Positions 1-12,510 of a DNA stretch of 64,000 bases are shown in pieces. The stretch is from Octopus vulgaris. Its lineage: Eukaryota. The translations under genes were made by a program, and so were the position numbers. Numbering within the stretch: the first letter of the stretch is position 1; every line of letters begins with the position of its first letter. The notes beneath the pieces are model-generated. The model searched no databases. It was not told where the DNA came from and worked only from the letters and a program-made list of their open reading frames with translations. The stretch is taken from positions 35,402,001 to 35,466,000 of the forward strand of contig OX597819.1 of NCBI GenBank assembly GCA_951406725.2. The letters are read 5' to 3'.

Positions 1-36
1 CACATGTCCTGATTATAACTTTCTGTTCATATACTA

Positions 37-296
37 CAGTGGTTTTCAACCAATTTTTGTCTGCAGACCCCTTTGATTCCTATTTTACTCTATTGGACCC
101 TCATAACCATTCATCGTTTTAAAAGAAATCCTATTATACTTTTATAATCAAATATTATTTGGAATTGTATTTAAAAAATTGTTAAAATATTTTGTTTATT
201 GTAGAAGAATGACCAATGAAACTGCATATAAACTTTAACAACAAAATCTTATATGGACCCTTAAGGGGTCATATGGATCTCGGTTGGCAACTACTG
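37..296. mobile_element. hAT-type MITE (family G)
   Basis: Ends CAGTGGTTTTCAACC...GGTTGGCAACTACTG; perfect 8-bp TSD ATATACTA at 29-36 and 297-304; second copy at 46253-46488. Confidence 0.8.
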
Positions 297-315
297 ATAT
301 ACTATAACACTATAT

Positions 316-540
316 ATGAAAGGGTGCTGCACAGTTCCTGGCTTTAGGGGTATTGCGAAAGGCCTGGTTGGAGGCCCAACCTTCCAAGTTCTTTTACAAG
401 GCTTAGAAAAACTGAAGAACTGCTGCAATAAGTGTGGGAATCTGAGAGGGGAATATGTTGAATAAAATCATAATTAACTGATGCTCCTGTATCTTTTTTT
501 TTTTTATCTAAAGCCAGGAACTTTTTTGCACCCCCTAGTA
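316..540 (+). mobile_element. mariner-derived MITE
   Basis: Imperfect TIRs (GGGTGCTGCACAGTTCCTGGCTTTAG / CTAAAGCCAGGAACTTTTTTGCACCC), TA flanks; internal remnant KC.NLRGEYVE* resembles a mariner transposase C-terminus. Confidence 0.7.
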
Positions 541-964
541 TACAATAATACAACAGTGTCAGAAAATTGATGGAAGTATGGTATTTCTGTATAGTGAACT
601 CCAAATGTTTAATTAGATACATCCACCCCCACAGATGGGCATTTTATCTAGCAAAGTTGATCATAGTGACTCAACATAAACAACAAAAATACTTCATTAA
701 AAATAATCACTAAATAATTTGACGTTGTCTTTATTTTGATAAGGCCATTACAAACTGGAAATATATGAATCAGTAATTGTGTGTGCATGCAAACATGTGC
801 GAGGAAATGATTGGGGTCTAGGGCTGGTAATAATGTTCGTAAAAGACTTGCTTGTTTTTTTTTTCTCATGGGAAGTTAGCTTAGGGCTATGAAGAGCATT
901 CTCAAGTCTTTCACTGGAAATTTATTGCAAGAATGAGCAATATGGAAGTTCTGTTCCATGATTG

Positions 965-1615
965 TTATTCTTGTTGTTCTGCTCCAAATTAGCCCTGATT
1001 GAGGATATCTATGCTCAAAGGTGTAGTAGCCATATCCAACTTGTTTTTAGTATTCTAGGGACAACATTAAGAGTATCCTTCATCATTTAGCCCATTTTGT
1101 ACTAATCCATCTGAGCCTACCCTTGGTTCTGTGGCACACAACTTATTTTACCTCTTTAGTGTTTAAACTAGCCATATCCAGCCCAAATATTTTATTTGTT
1201 TTATGTTGAAAATGACCATGTCTTGCCTCTCACACCCACCCTACAATATCATTCTAAAAATAAACAATCAGATCATCAATATCTTGAAGTTATGAGACAA
1301 TGCATGATTAATTTAAAACAATGTGAATAAATAAGGATTACAGAGTAATCTGAATGCTAAAGGATTAAAGGATATAAGCTAAAACCTTTCTTCCAAATTT
1401 CAGGTTAATTTAGGTCTCAAACACTTGCTTAATAATGACAAAGTTATTGTACTACTAAATTGTTCGTTATTTTCAAAATTAATTCGAAACCAGGATAGTG
1501 TATTCCATTAGAAATACAGTTACAAAAGGGCTAAAGCTTTAGTGTGTGATTTGTAGGAGGTTTGGTTTCTATTTCTAGCAGATTGAGTAAACCTATTGAA
1601 GCTCCCTTGTTGGAA
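965..1615. mobile_element. nested repeat cluster: family H repeat interrupted by TTAA MITE D (~1087-1535), itself interrupted by TTAA MITE C (~1150-1368)
   Basis: Segments match intact copies elsewhere in the window (C 3578-3806, D 8855-9082, H ~1780-1940). Confidence 0.55.
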
Positions 1616-2872
1616 GCCTCTACATTTTGCCTAATTAGTAATAATTAAAGGCTTAGTTGATTTTTATATAAGTCAATTGCTGTCAGCTTGCTGCCAATCT
1701 TTTTTTTTTTGTACTAGCTTAGATTACTTATGGTATACTATTTAACCTAGTTCTGTCTCATGGTAGGTTGCCTCATGGCTGTTGTTTAGCCCCTTGTCAG
1801 CCCTGATTGAGCAGGCATATGGTCTAAGGCTTTCAAGCATGACCACCCTGTCTTCATTTTCTTGTTTTAGGCATCCAGGATCATATCCAATATATCCTTC
1901 ATTTTGAAGGATAGTAGGGTGTTAGTTGAGAGAAATAGGGTTTATAAACTGCTGTATCAACTTTACAATAAAATGTTGATAAACATTGTTATACATGAGT
2001 GTATTACTAATCTGTCATATAAAGTTGTTTACATGTTGCTATCTATAAATGATAAATATTAATTCCTTTAATTTTTGTATACCTTTGCGTATCTTTAGTT
2101 TCCATGTTTTTATAGTTTATTGATTATGTAAACATAATCTAAATTTTTTTTCTCAATAAATTTATAGCTAAGTTCAGTTGAGATTGAAAACTGTTAAACT
2201 ATGCAAATCTAGCTCCTGTTAGGACTAGCAGGGATATAAAAAAAAAAACCCCAAATAAACACTACTCTGATGTGAAAAAGAATGTTGGTATGTAGGTATA
2301 AGCCTTGAATTGGCAGAGAGGTTATAGTGCTTTACAGTATTATTCTGGCCATTTGAGTTCAAAGCAGATTGAGATCAACTTTATCTTTCATTCTTTCAGG
2401 GTCAATGTGTGGGTTCATGCAACTGTTAAGAATGCTGGATGAGTGCTTTGTGCTATTTGTCTCAGCTCTTTGCCTTCTGAGTTCCAATTCCATCTAGATG
2501 CCAGTGGCCAGATTTAACCGTTTGCCTCTGAAGCACTCTGTCCAATCTGCATTTGGCTGGCATGGTCAGGTAGACCTAAAATTAGCTTTATTGCTGTGGC
2601 CTTTTCTTATAGTGGATTGAAAAGAGAAGTGAGTATAGTCATGAGAACGACATTGGAAACTTTATCATAAAGTAGTTTATCATACTACTACTACTACTAC
2701 TACTACTACTGCTGTTTGTGAACCAAACATGTGGGTATATGGCAAGGCAAATACTATCTTACATCTTTTAGTAGTGTTTTAGAGTTCTGATGCACATGTA
2801 AATTTTGATCTTCAGTTGCCTATTTATATACCACAGACTTTTAAGAAAGAGTTTGAGTTACTCTTCTACTGC

Positions 2873-2930
2873 CTTAGAAATCATTGTACTTTTTTAGAAA
2901 TCATTGTACTTATTTAGAAATCATTGTCAT
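2873..2930. repeat. short tandem repeat, ~20-bp unit TTAGAAATCATTGTACTT x3
   Basis: Read directly. Confidence 0.85.
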
Positions 2931-3577
2931 AATTCTTTTGGTGCACTGAGTTTGTGACTCAGCCTCAAATCCTAGTTGAAACCATTTTACTTGATTTATA
3001 TTGATATTGCATGTCAAATGATAAATAGCAAGGATAAAACAGCAGAAAGAACGATGCAAGGATGTTATGGATTTATTTTCCTGTTCATTCTCATCATTAT
3101 CAGCATTATCTCTCAAATCTAGTTTGTATTCTACTAATTTTAAACCTTACTGGTGTACTTTTTTTTAAAAAACTGTCTGCTTTGATTTATAGTTGAAGCC
3201 ATTTTGCTTCAGTAGTAACTTTGAGAAAGGTAAAAACTCTCATATTCGGTGGAGATCTTTCTTAACAATTAAAATTTGTTTCTTTCAGTTACTTTGCTAC
3301 AAAATGATTACATTATTAAGACAGTGTAACCAGAAGACTGATAAAATTAGTATCAATTGGTTAAACCTTGTGAGGGTGATTGTCTTGCATTAGCATGGTT
3401 GCAGTCACTACCATCACCATAACCACTATCTCTACCATCACCACTGTCACCACCACCACCACCACCACCATTATTATTATTATCATCCTACTCATTTTTT
3501 GTTGCTTACATGTGTAGATGCATGTGCAATACAGTATTCTGTCGTTGACTATATGTTATCTCCTTTGTATCTTATCT

Positions 3578-3806
3578 TTTAACCCATTTTGCATTTAAAC
3601 TGGCTATATCAGACCGAAATATTCTTCCTGTTTTATGTGCAAACCAGCCAGATCGGGCCTCTCACGCCTACCCTAAAATGTCATTCTAAAAATAAATAAT
3701 CACATCATTGAAATCTCAAAGCTACAAGATAATGCATGACTAATTCCAAACAATGCGAATAAATAAGCATTACATTTGATGGACTAATCTGAATGCTAAA
3801 GGGTTA
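3578..3806. mobile_element. TTAA-flanked piggyBac-like MITE (family C)
   Basis: TTAACCC...GCATT and AATGCTAAAGGGTTAA ends; about 9 copies in the window. Confidence 0.75.
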
Positions 3807-5245
3807 AGGACTAATCCATCTGCTTGATTACATCTTCCCTATATTTGGTCTTTCATTTTCATACTGATATTATAAGACATCTTTGGTCTGGGTAGCTTGT
3901 ACCACAAAGTCCCACTGATTTTCCATTTTACATATATCAATCTATTCCTATTACATTCCATTAGATTATGTTCCCTTCCTGTGTATATTGATGCACATTT
4001 GCTTTCTTTATTCAATTGAGTTTAAGAAATTATTTTTGTTCATTCAATTAACCACTCACAGCTTACTTTTTTCCAGTTATAGTAGATCTACAGTCACTGC
4101 CATACATTATCATAATTCTAACTTAGATCTAAGAATTGTTACCTCTGATAGCAACTATATCATCCACTTCCCAAACCACTTAACTATCAGTATCAGTACT
4201 ATAATCCGCATACACCACTAATCATATCACACAGATAACAGACCATATCTACCATTGGTCATCCACGTATTCATGCTAGTCAGCCAATGTTGATTATGTT
4301 GCTAGCTATTCCTGTACATTTGATGCAAATAAAGTTTTGCCTTTGCGTCATTCTGCCACAGATTATTGTATCTTCAAAGGACGCTTTGATTGCACTGTCT
4401 ACATTATTGAGATCTTGCTTAACACGTAAGGCAATTTTTTTTTGATGGTGTTGAAATTATATGGCTTCCATTACTTTGTGTTGGTCATGCTCTCAGGGAA
4501 TTTTGACTCCAAGTTGTTTATCCAAGTTCCAAAGTTCTTGTTGCAGCTCTTGGCTTGTTTTCATTCTGAAGTTTTTATCAATTCCTGGCTATGAACTCTT
4601 TAGATGTTTAGACCAAGTGAAAAGAGTAGGGAACAAAGCATTGCTGTATAGTTTCCTGTTTCTTACAGCTTCACATTAAATTAACATCCATTTTTCAGTC
4701 TATTAATAATCATGAAGTGCAGACATTTTGTGAGTTAGTAGGGAAGGAGAAATGAGGATTATTGGTTGAAATGAAGGAAAACTAGGAAGAGAAACTAAAT
4801 AATGAAGTTGGCTTATTGAAAGCTTCATCATTGTCATGTATGCTTTTTGCAGCATGTTGATGACATTACAATGAAAGTCTTTTTGATTAAGTGTGAGTTT
4901 TCCCATTGGATGAAGCTATAATGCTACTTTGTCCTGACTTTGTCATAGTGTTTACTTGGCAAAGATATTATGGTGGTTTGCCATTGCTTGACTCATTAGA
5001 CAAACTTACAAATTAACTGAACAGTTTTGTACTATAAATTTAAAAGATGAGAACTGTAAAGTGTGATAAATTAGAAGAACTGGCATTCTTTGCTGCAATA
5101 TTTTAAAGTAAAAAGTTTCTTATTCTTTACTTTACTTGAAGTAATAGTTTGTCCTATACTTTTACAGGTGTAATAACTTGTCATGTACTTTTCCAGGTTT
5201 ATAATCTTAAGAATATTACTTTTCATGCTCGCATTTTTCCATGTA

Positions 5246-5246
<1 letters not shown>

Positions 5247-5288
<42 letters not shown>

Positions 5289-5455
5289 TCACCACTGCTT
5301 AATGACCTGTGTTAATTTGTTTACATCACTAACTTAATGGTTTGTTAAGAGAATGATAGAATAAGTAAAAAACAAAAAACAAAAAAAAAAATTACTGGGG
5401 TTCATTTGTTTTATTAAACCCTTCAAAACGTTCAAATGACTGAAACAAGTAAAAG
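5247..5455 (+). mobile_element. (GT)n microsatellite plus 3' half of SINE family A
   Basis: Ends CAAATGACTGAAACAAGTAAAAG as in the full-length copies. Confidence 0.65.
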
Positions 5456-5846
5456 ATTATGAAAAGAGGTATAAAGATTAATTTTGACATTGCGTCATGA
5501 GTTGATAAAGTCTCTTACCAGACTGGGGAATTCTCATTTATCTCATAATGAAGACAATTATGAGTTCATGTTTATGATAATAACGGAGTAAAGAATACTT
5601 ATATAACTATTCTATCAAGGATTTTACATAGAACTATGATGGAAGAGAATTTTAAAGCAATTAAATTCCTTGGATACAGAATCTGGGAATTATTAACATT
5701 AACACCTATATTTTTGCAAGAGCTTTTCTTTTTATAAAACTTAATGTCTAGACTATGATTGGGCAAAATACTAAAGTTTGAGTTGTGATATTTTTTTTAT
5801 TATTTAAAATCATGCTTTATGAATATATAATCAACATGCTCTATAT

Positions 5847-6035
5847 CAGCATTTTTCAAATTTTCTAGTTGCAACCCTTTTTATCTATCTCGTGACCCAC
5901 AATTTTAAAAACGCTGGTTTATATTCTGCACTTTGCACCCACTTGCGTTTTTTCTTTCCTTCTTTTTTGTTGTGAACCATTTTATTTATCTGGCAACCCA
6001 CTGAAGGGTCGGGAGCCACAGTTTGAAAAACACTG
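5847..6035. mobile_element. hAT-type MITE
   Basis: CAGCATTTTTCAAA...TTTGAAAAACACTG TIRs; 8-bp TSD CTCTATAT/CTCTGTAT (7/8). Confidence 0.65.
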
Positions 6036-6914
6036 CTCTGTATAATTGTCTTTTAGTAATAGGGTTTAGATTTCACTTCTGAAACAAGTTGTCATTGCCT
6101 ATTTAATTATTTCTATTTAGCTTGCTTTGTTATTCCCAAGTGCTATCAGTTTGAAATGTAAGAAAGTTGTCTGATTCTTTTCAACTACTGTCCTTGTTTA
6201 GAGTGTTTTGGCTCTGATTTTGCTAAGTGATATGTCTCAAATGGAGGCAGCTTGCTTGTGAAAGTGAATTATTAGTAAAATATGGATTATCTCTTTTGTT
6301 GATTATTATTTTCTTGCAAACATTTAAACGAACAATATGCTAACTCTATAACACCCATTAGTAATAATTCTTGATACTTCAAATATCATACTCTTTTAAT
6401 GAGAGAACAACAAAATCTTGGATGTGACTCTGAAAATTCTATTTGAACGTTATTGTATGCAAGTTGTAATAATATCTGGTGGTCATTGCACAATATATTT
6501 GCGAATAACACTGTGTGGATGTATGTGAATGAATGACTGAAGGTGGGACATATGATCCCTACTGTCTGTACGGATTACAACTTACTGTCACTCATGCTGG
6601 TCACACAAACTATGTAACATGACATCATCAAATTGACTATCACCTTTCTTTGTAACAATTGTCACCACACATTGCAGAATTTCAACAAACTGATCTGCTT
6701 CAACATGTGGCATTTCCAATAAAAAAATTGTTGCCACTAAGATAGCTAACACAAACATGTGACTGAACTCACCTATGGAGGCTTAAATGCTCTCATTTAG
6801 AAGCCATTTAAAATTTCTTTTACATTCTTTTCATTCTGACTCCAAACATCTAATGATGTGGATGTGTTCTACACTCATGAAACTTTAAGTAATGTGGATC
6901 TGAGGCAAACTGTT

Positions 6915-7335
6915 ACTCTTGAAAGTGTAGTTGCTAAAATAAGAATGGGCTGGGCAAAGTTCAGAGACCATCTACCTTTGTTGGTAAATAAGGGCCTCTC
7001 CTTCAGAGTGAAAGACAGGTTGTATGATGCCTGTGTATGTACAGCTATGCTGCATGGCAGTGAAACATGGGCTATGACTACAGAGGACTTGCTTTAAGAG
7101 GAAAACTGGGTATAAGAGGCATCAGATGTTGTGTGCAGGAGAGAAGACTGTGCTACTTTGGTCACGTGGTGCATATGGATGAGGACAGCTACATAAAGAA
7201 GTGCTGAAGTCTAATTGTGGAGGGAACCTGTGGAAAGGGGTAGACCCAGGAAAATGCAGGTCAAGGTTGTGAGAAAGGATCTTCAGATGCTGGGCCTCAC
7301 TGAGGAAATGACAAATGACCAGGAGTTGTGGGGAT
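6915..7335 (+). mobile_element. RTE-clade LINE, decayed C-terminal ORF fragment
   Basis: RIRMGWAKFR..LPLL...RLYDACV..AMLHGSETW-like segment, then FGHV and GKGRPRK motifs, with frameshifts and stops. Confidence 0.85.
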
Positions 7336-8679
7336 AATAAATGATTTTTTTCTGTACATTGATAATTTTGGTGTTAGAAAGGTTAAAAGATAAGTCCTGT
7401 TTTGTGTTTCTCTCATGATTGTCAGGAAAGAAATCTGAAATATATGAATCACAAAATTTGATTTCTCCTAAGTTTGTATCTCAGAATAAATATACAACCT
7501 TCAAATTTATTAACGTTCTCTTGATTTAGTTGAATAGTTAGTTGAAAATGGGGGACTTTGTATTATCCCTAATTCCACATTGAAAGAATTGTAAATAAAA
7601 CTGAAAGATATCACTTAGTGTAGAGTATTATCTTACTTTATAACCCGAATCTAGGATCTATATTATTTCTCTCACCCTCCTCATATCATGCTTGTAGATC
7701 ATAACTGAAGCTACCAGACTGGATTCATGTTGTGTATTTTCTTTAGTCAATCCAAGTTATCATTTTTCCCTTTCCAAAAATTTCATCCCTCTAGTATGGT
7801 TTCTAAACCTTTGCTGCAAATTCCATCTGTTCCCCATTACCTTGCCTGGTTCCCTTATTACAATCATTCAGTATAGCTAAAGCAGATAAATTACACTTCC
7901 AGTCACGACAGTTCCAGGTGAATTCCTCCCTCTGTTTTTATTGAAAATATTTTTCAAAGCAGTCACTATCCTATTGGCTTATGTTTAACATGTTGCTAAT
8001 GTTGGTCTTTCTTCAAATATTATTCAATTTACTAAAATGTTTTGAAATTAATGTTAATTCTAATTTTTGGCTTAGTTATCTAATTTAGTTACCTAATTTA
8101 TCTAATTTACCTCTAATAGAACATTAAATTATTTGAACTTTTAGAGTTTAAAAAAAACTTTCCTATATTATCTTTAATTACATTTAATCATATCTCAAGA
8201 TCTAAATGATTAAAACCTGCTTTTACGTTTCTTTTATAATTATTGAGAGGTATAGATAAAAAATGTCAATTAATACACAGAAGGGATTCATTCAGAAATC
8301 TAAGTATATTGAATAAATTACATCTGAATATTTGAAGTTCATTATTGAAATATTAAGTCACACAAAGTATCAACATCTTTTAATGCATATAAAATTTTTG
8401 AAAGATCCTTCTTGATGTCACCCTGGAATTAAAAGATTTAAGTTAACATGATCACAAAAATGTTTGGTAATAACCCCTTTCAAATGTCATTAAAAATGAT
8501 TTGATGAACAAATGAAATCCTATGAACAAGCTTCTAATAATTTACTTAGGTGTTTTTTTACTTTGGATACGAATATAATGATCATAAAATCTTTTGTATT
8601 AAAGACATGCTTTAAACATGGATATTTTTTATTGTTTTTATTTCATTGTTTAAATATTTCAGTAATATGTATTTAAATC

Positions 8680-8716
8680 TAAATTTAACTATATTTTTTT
8701 TTGTTTTCAGGTAAGC
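8680..8716 (+). other. juxtaposed 3' and 5' splice sites (candidate recursive splice site)
   Basis: tttaac branch-like motif, T-rich tract, then TTTTCAG|GTAAGC at 8710/8711. Confidence 0.5.
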
Positions 8717-8854
8717 ACATTTATTTAAAGAAATTGAAATCAAGAAACGGTTTGATTATTCATCATTTTCAAGTTATATTCAAACATGGTGCTTATTTTC
8801 TGAGAAGTAGGTTTGAATTTTAATATTTAACTCACTCCTAATTTGAACTGTTTT

Positions 8855-9082
8855 TTAACCCTTTCATTACTGTATTTCTGTTGAGATGCTCTGTGTTTCT
8901 TTCAATTACTTTAAATATTACAAAGAATTTAGTAAAATAACTTAGTTATCATTAAGCTAGTGTTAGGAAAATAAATTGTGACTAAGGTTTGGTGGAAGAT
9001 TTTGATTCAAAACTTATGGAAACAAGACATTTGTACTCAGAGCCAGAGTCGGTTTCAGCCGGGTTGGTAATGAAAGGGTTAA
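8855..9082. mobile_element. TTAA-flanked piggyBac-like MITE (family D)
   Basis: TTAACCCTTTCATTAC...GTAATGAAAGGGTTAA; reverse copies at 41977-42199 and 46866-47095. Confidence 0.8.
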
Positions 9083-9915
9083 AAACCTTTCTGTTCACTT
9101 TCAATGGCACAGTGGCTCTGCATAAACATTGCTGGGAGGCATAATGAACTGATATAGTCAGTGACTTTTTAATATTTAAGATTTAATTCTAAAAAGATGG
9201 TACTTTTTGTAACATGCATAAAATATTTTAATGAAAATCAACAATGTTTGTTGAAGGGAAAATGTATATACTTGTATTAAGTTTTTCATGTTGTAAAGAG
9301 TGATATCTTTTGTTATTCCTGCTAACATTTTATTGTATTTTCCAACATAAAAGTCAGTGTAGTATATAATGTAAACATGTAGTGTAAATATTCAAATATT
9401 GTCACTATCCTTTCAAATGCTGCTGTATTTCATATGGAATTTTTGGTCCGCCAAAGTTTTCTTAGTATATATGTCAGCCTACAATTTTTGACTGTAAATT
9501 TTGGTCTGAGAATGTTGACCTGTATACTGGAAAATACAAAATAGTTTTAACTGAGAGGGTGACTTCTTTAAGCTCAAGTAAAGTTGGTCGTAGGCAGTTA
9601 TAAAATTAGATATTTTAGAAATGAAATAAATAGGGATGTCTAAAGAATTATGAGAAAGATAAATTGTATAAATAATAATGGTAATTTGTTAGGTGTCAAC
9701 AAATTTTGATTTATTGTTAGAACAATGCCAATGAGAAAATACATTACAATTTCTATTCATAATCATAACAATATGATTCATCTTAGATTTGTATTGTATA
9801 GTATTGTTATTTCTATTTTCATTCAGGAGTTCTTATTCAGCTGTTCTTGGTCCAGCCTCATTCGACTTTCACTATTCATATTTATCTATTTGTATTTTCT
9901 GATTTAATTATCATT

Positions 9916-10188
9916 GGATGCCAGCGATGCCAGCTTCTTGACTGGCTTCTGTGCCGGTGGCACGTAAAAAGCACCAATCCGATCGTGGCCGTTGCCAGCC
10001 TCGCCTGGCACGTAAAAAGCACCTACTACACTCATGGAGTGGTTGGCATTAGGAAGGGCATCCAGCTGTAGAAACACTGCCAGATCAGACTGGAGCCTGG
10101 TGCAGCCTTCTGGCTTCCCAGATCCTGGTCGAACCGTCCAACCCGTGCTAGCACGGAAAACGGACGTTAAACGATGATGATGATGATG
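9916..10188 (+). mobile_element. SINE-like retroposon family B with (GAT)n tail
   Basis: GGCACGTAAAAAGCACC internal repeats, GGTTGGC.TTAGGAAGGGCATCCAGCTGTAGAAA core, GACGTTAAAC(GAT)n tail; about 9 copies. Confidence 0.8.
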
Positions 10189-10499
10189 GTTATTTTTAAT
10201 TAACAATTAAAATTACTGTGAATATTCATTATTGCTCTCTAATCTATTCATATTTTTTAATATGTCTCTGACATCTGTGAATAACTCAGTTTAAATGGAA
10301 AAATAGTAATAACGGCTTTCACCATCGTTTTTTACTTTGCACCTTTTAATTCACATTTTTTTTTTTACTTTGATGTTATTTTTTCATCACACTGTATTTT
10401 TCTGTCCTTTTTCCTTTCTATAATTTACCTCTTATGTTTCTTTCGTTTGATTTTCTGCTTTCACCACCTGCTGCTATTTCTTTCCACTTTCTCACTCCT

Positions 10500-10995
10500 T
10501 AGACATCTGAAAATGAGAATATCTCCTCCCAGATGTCTCTGTATCACCTCCTAGATGTCTCCCCAATGTCTCTGTTTCGTCTTTGATGTCTCTGTCTATT
10601 CCCTCACTCCCTGATGTCTCTATCCCCTCCCTCTCTGATATATCTGTTTATACCCCCCACTCTTCCTGATGCATCTCTATTGCCCCTCTCTTATGTTTCT
10701 TATACACTCTCTCTGATGTTTCTATCAATTTCCTCTTTTAATGTCTCTATTCTCCTTTCTCTGATGTCTCTTACTTCATCTGATGTATCCGTTCCCTTTC
10801 TCCAATGTCTTCACATTCTTATGTCTCTGTTCCCCATTCCCTTGTATCTCTTTCCCCCTCTCTCTTATATAATACATCTCTCTCTCTCCCATTCTCTTAT
10901 GTTTCTATACCTTTTCTTCACTTCCACTCCTCACTTCTCTGATATCTCTCTTTCTGCTTTCTCTTCAGTCATTCACTTCTTTCTAACCTTCTGAT
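10500..10995. repeat. degenerate pyrimidine-rich minisatellite (CTGATGTCTCT-like units)
   Basis: Recurrent GATGTCTCT/GATATCTCT motifs in a C/T-rich tract. Confidence 0.65.
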
Positions 10996-11822
10996 TATGT
11001 GCCTGTCACTCTAAGTGTTAATTGCTGTACAACTATATGATTATGGAAGATAATAGGTGGTATTGTTAACAGAAATCATTTAATATCTCTGTAGCAAGCT
11101 GTGCACTGATTTTTGTTGTTTCTCAATAAAAGAAACAAATTGTTCTATGAATGGAATGTTTAGAAACAAATTTTCATTGGTTTATATCTCTTTCTTGTAA
11201 CAATTTCATATAATTCATACACTTGCATTAATTGAAGTATTCCACTGTAAAATAGTGTTGTATATGTTTACTGAGGCAGCAAAATAATATTCACAAATTT
11301 GAATAAACCTGATATTCTCTGCGATTGATAGGAATTCTAACATTTTCAGTGGAACCCTTCTTCAGAGATCTATGAAGAATCGATGTGTTATCTAAGTTTC
11401 AATGATACAAACTGGCAATAGTTTCTTTGAAGTTTTTTTCCCCTCTTGTAAAATATCTTGGTTTGTTGTCTGAATATATAATTCTAGTGATGAGGTTTTG
11501 AACTTCTAATCTTTGGGTTTTTAATCTTAATCATTCAGCTGTTTTGCCGATGTTTTATATTGTAAATGTGGGTGTGTAGTTTTTACTTATTCTGCAGTGA
11601 CATTATTATATTTTGTTGAGAGTATCTACCAGTGTAGTTTGGTTATTTGAATTATACTGGAAAACATTTGTTATGTTAAATATCACAGCTTCTTTGAAAT
11701 ATAGTGTCAAATTAATCTATTGGAAAAGCTATAAGAATATTGTAGCTAAACGGGGGGAAATTAATGTAGTGAGTAAACACCTCCCCTTTTTTTAAAATTA
11801 GAATAAATTACTGTAAGAGTAA

Positions 11823-12230
11823 GGCACAGGAGTGGCTGTGTGGTAAGTAGCTTGCTTACCAACCACATGGTTCCGGGTTCAGTCCCACTGCTTGGCATCT
11901 TGGGCAAGTGTCTTCTACTATAGCCTCAGGCCAACCAAAGCCTTGTGAGTGGATTTGGTAGATGGAAACTGAAAGAAGCCCGTTGTAGATATGTGTGTGT
12001 ATATATATATATGTGTGTGTGTGTGTATGTTTGTATGTCTGTTTGTCCCCCTAGCATTGTTTGACAACCAATGCTGGTGTGTTTACGTCCCCGTCACTTA
12101 GCGGTTCGGCAAAAGAGACCGATAGAATAAGTACTGTGCTTACAAAGAATAAGTCCCGGGGTCAATTTGCTCGACTAAAGGTGGTGCTCCAGCATGGCCA
12201 CAGTCAAATGACTGAAACAAGTAAAAGAGA
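11823..12230 (+). mobile_element. full-length tRNA-derived SINE family A
   Basis: Pol III A box TGGCTGTGTGG, B box GGTTCAGTCCC, central CTTGGGCAAGTG, internal (TA/TG)n, GTAAAAGAG tail; more than 10 copies. Confidence 0.9.
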
Positions 12231-12292
12231 AAGAGAGAGAAAGAGAGAGAGAGAGAAAGAGAGAGTAACTGTGAGGTGAAAATTTATTAGCT

Positions 12293-12510
12293 TTAACCCT
12301 TTAGCATTTAAACTGGCTGAGTCCAGTCTATATATTCAGCTTTGTTTTATGTTCAAACCAGTCAGATTAAGCCCTCACATCTACTGTCCAATGTCTTTCT
12401 AAAAACAAACAATGATATCATAAAAACTTAAAGCTACAAGATAGTGCTTCATTAATGTGAATAAATAAGCATTATAGTTGAGGAAGTAATCTGAATGCTA
12501 AAAGTTTAAT
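12293..12510. mobile_element. MITE family C
   Basis: TTAACCCTTTAGCATT start; homologous to 3578-3806. Confidence 0.75.

Noticed and set aside
9847-10206. Recurrent peptide LQLDALPNANHS..VGAFYVP in several ORFs
   Set aside because: Translation of the non-coding family B repeat; frames are not conserved between copies
11823-11895. tRNA-like A and B boxes
   Set aside because: Head of a SINE, not a cloverleaf tRNA gene
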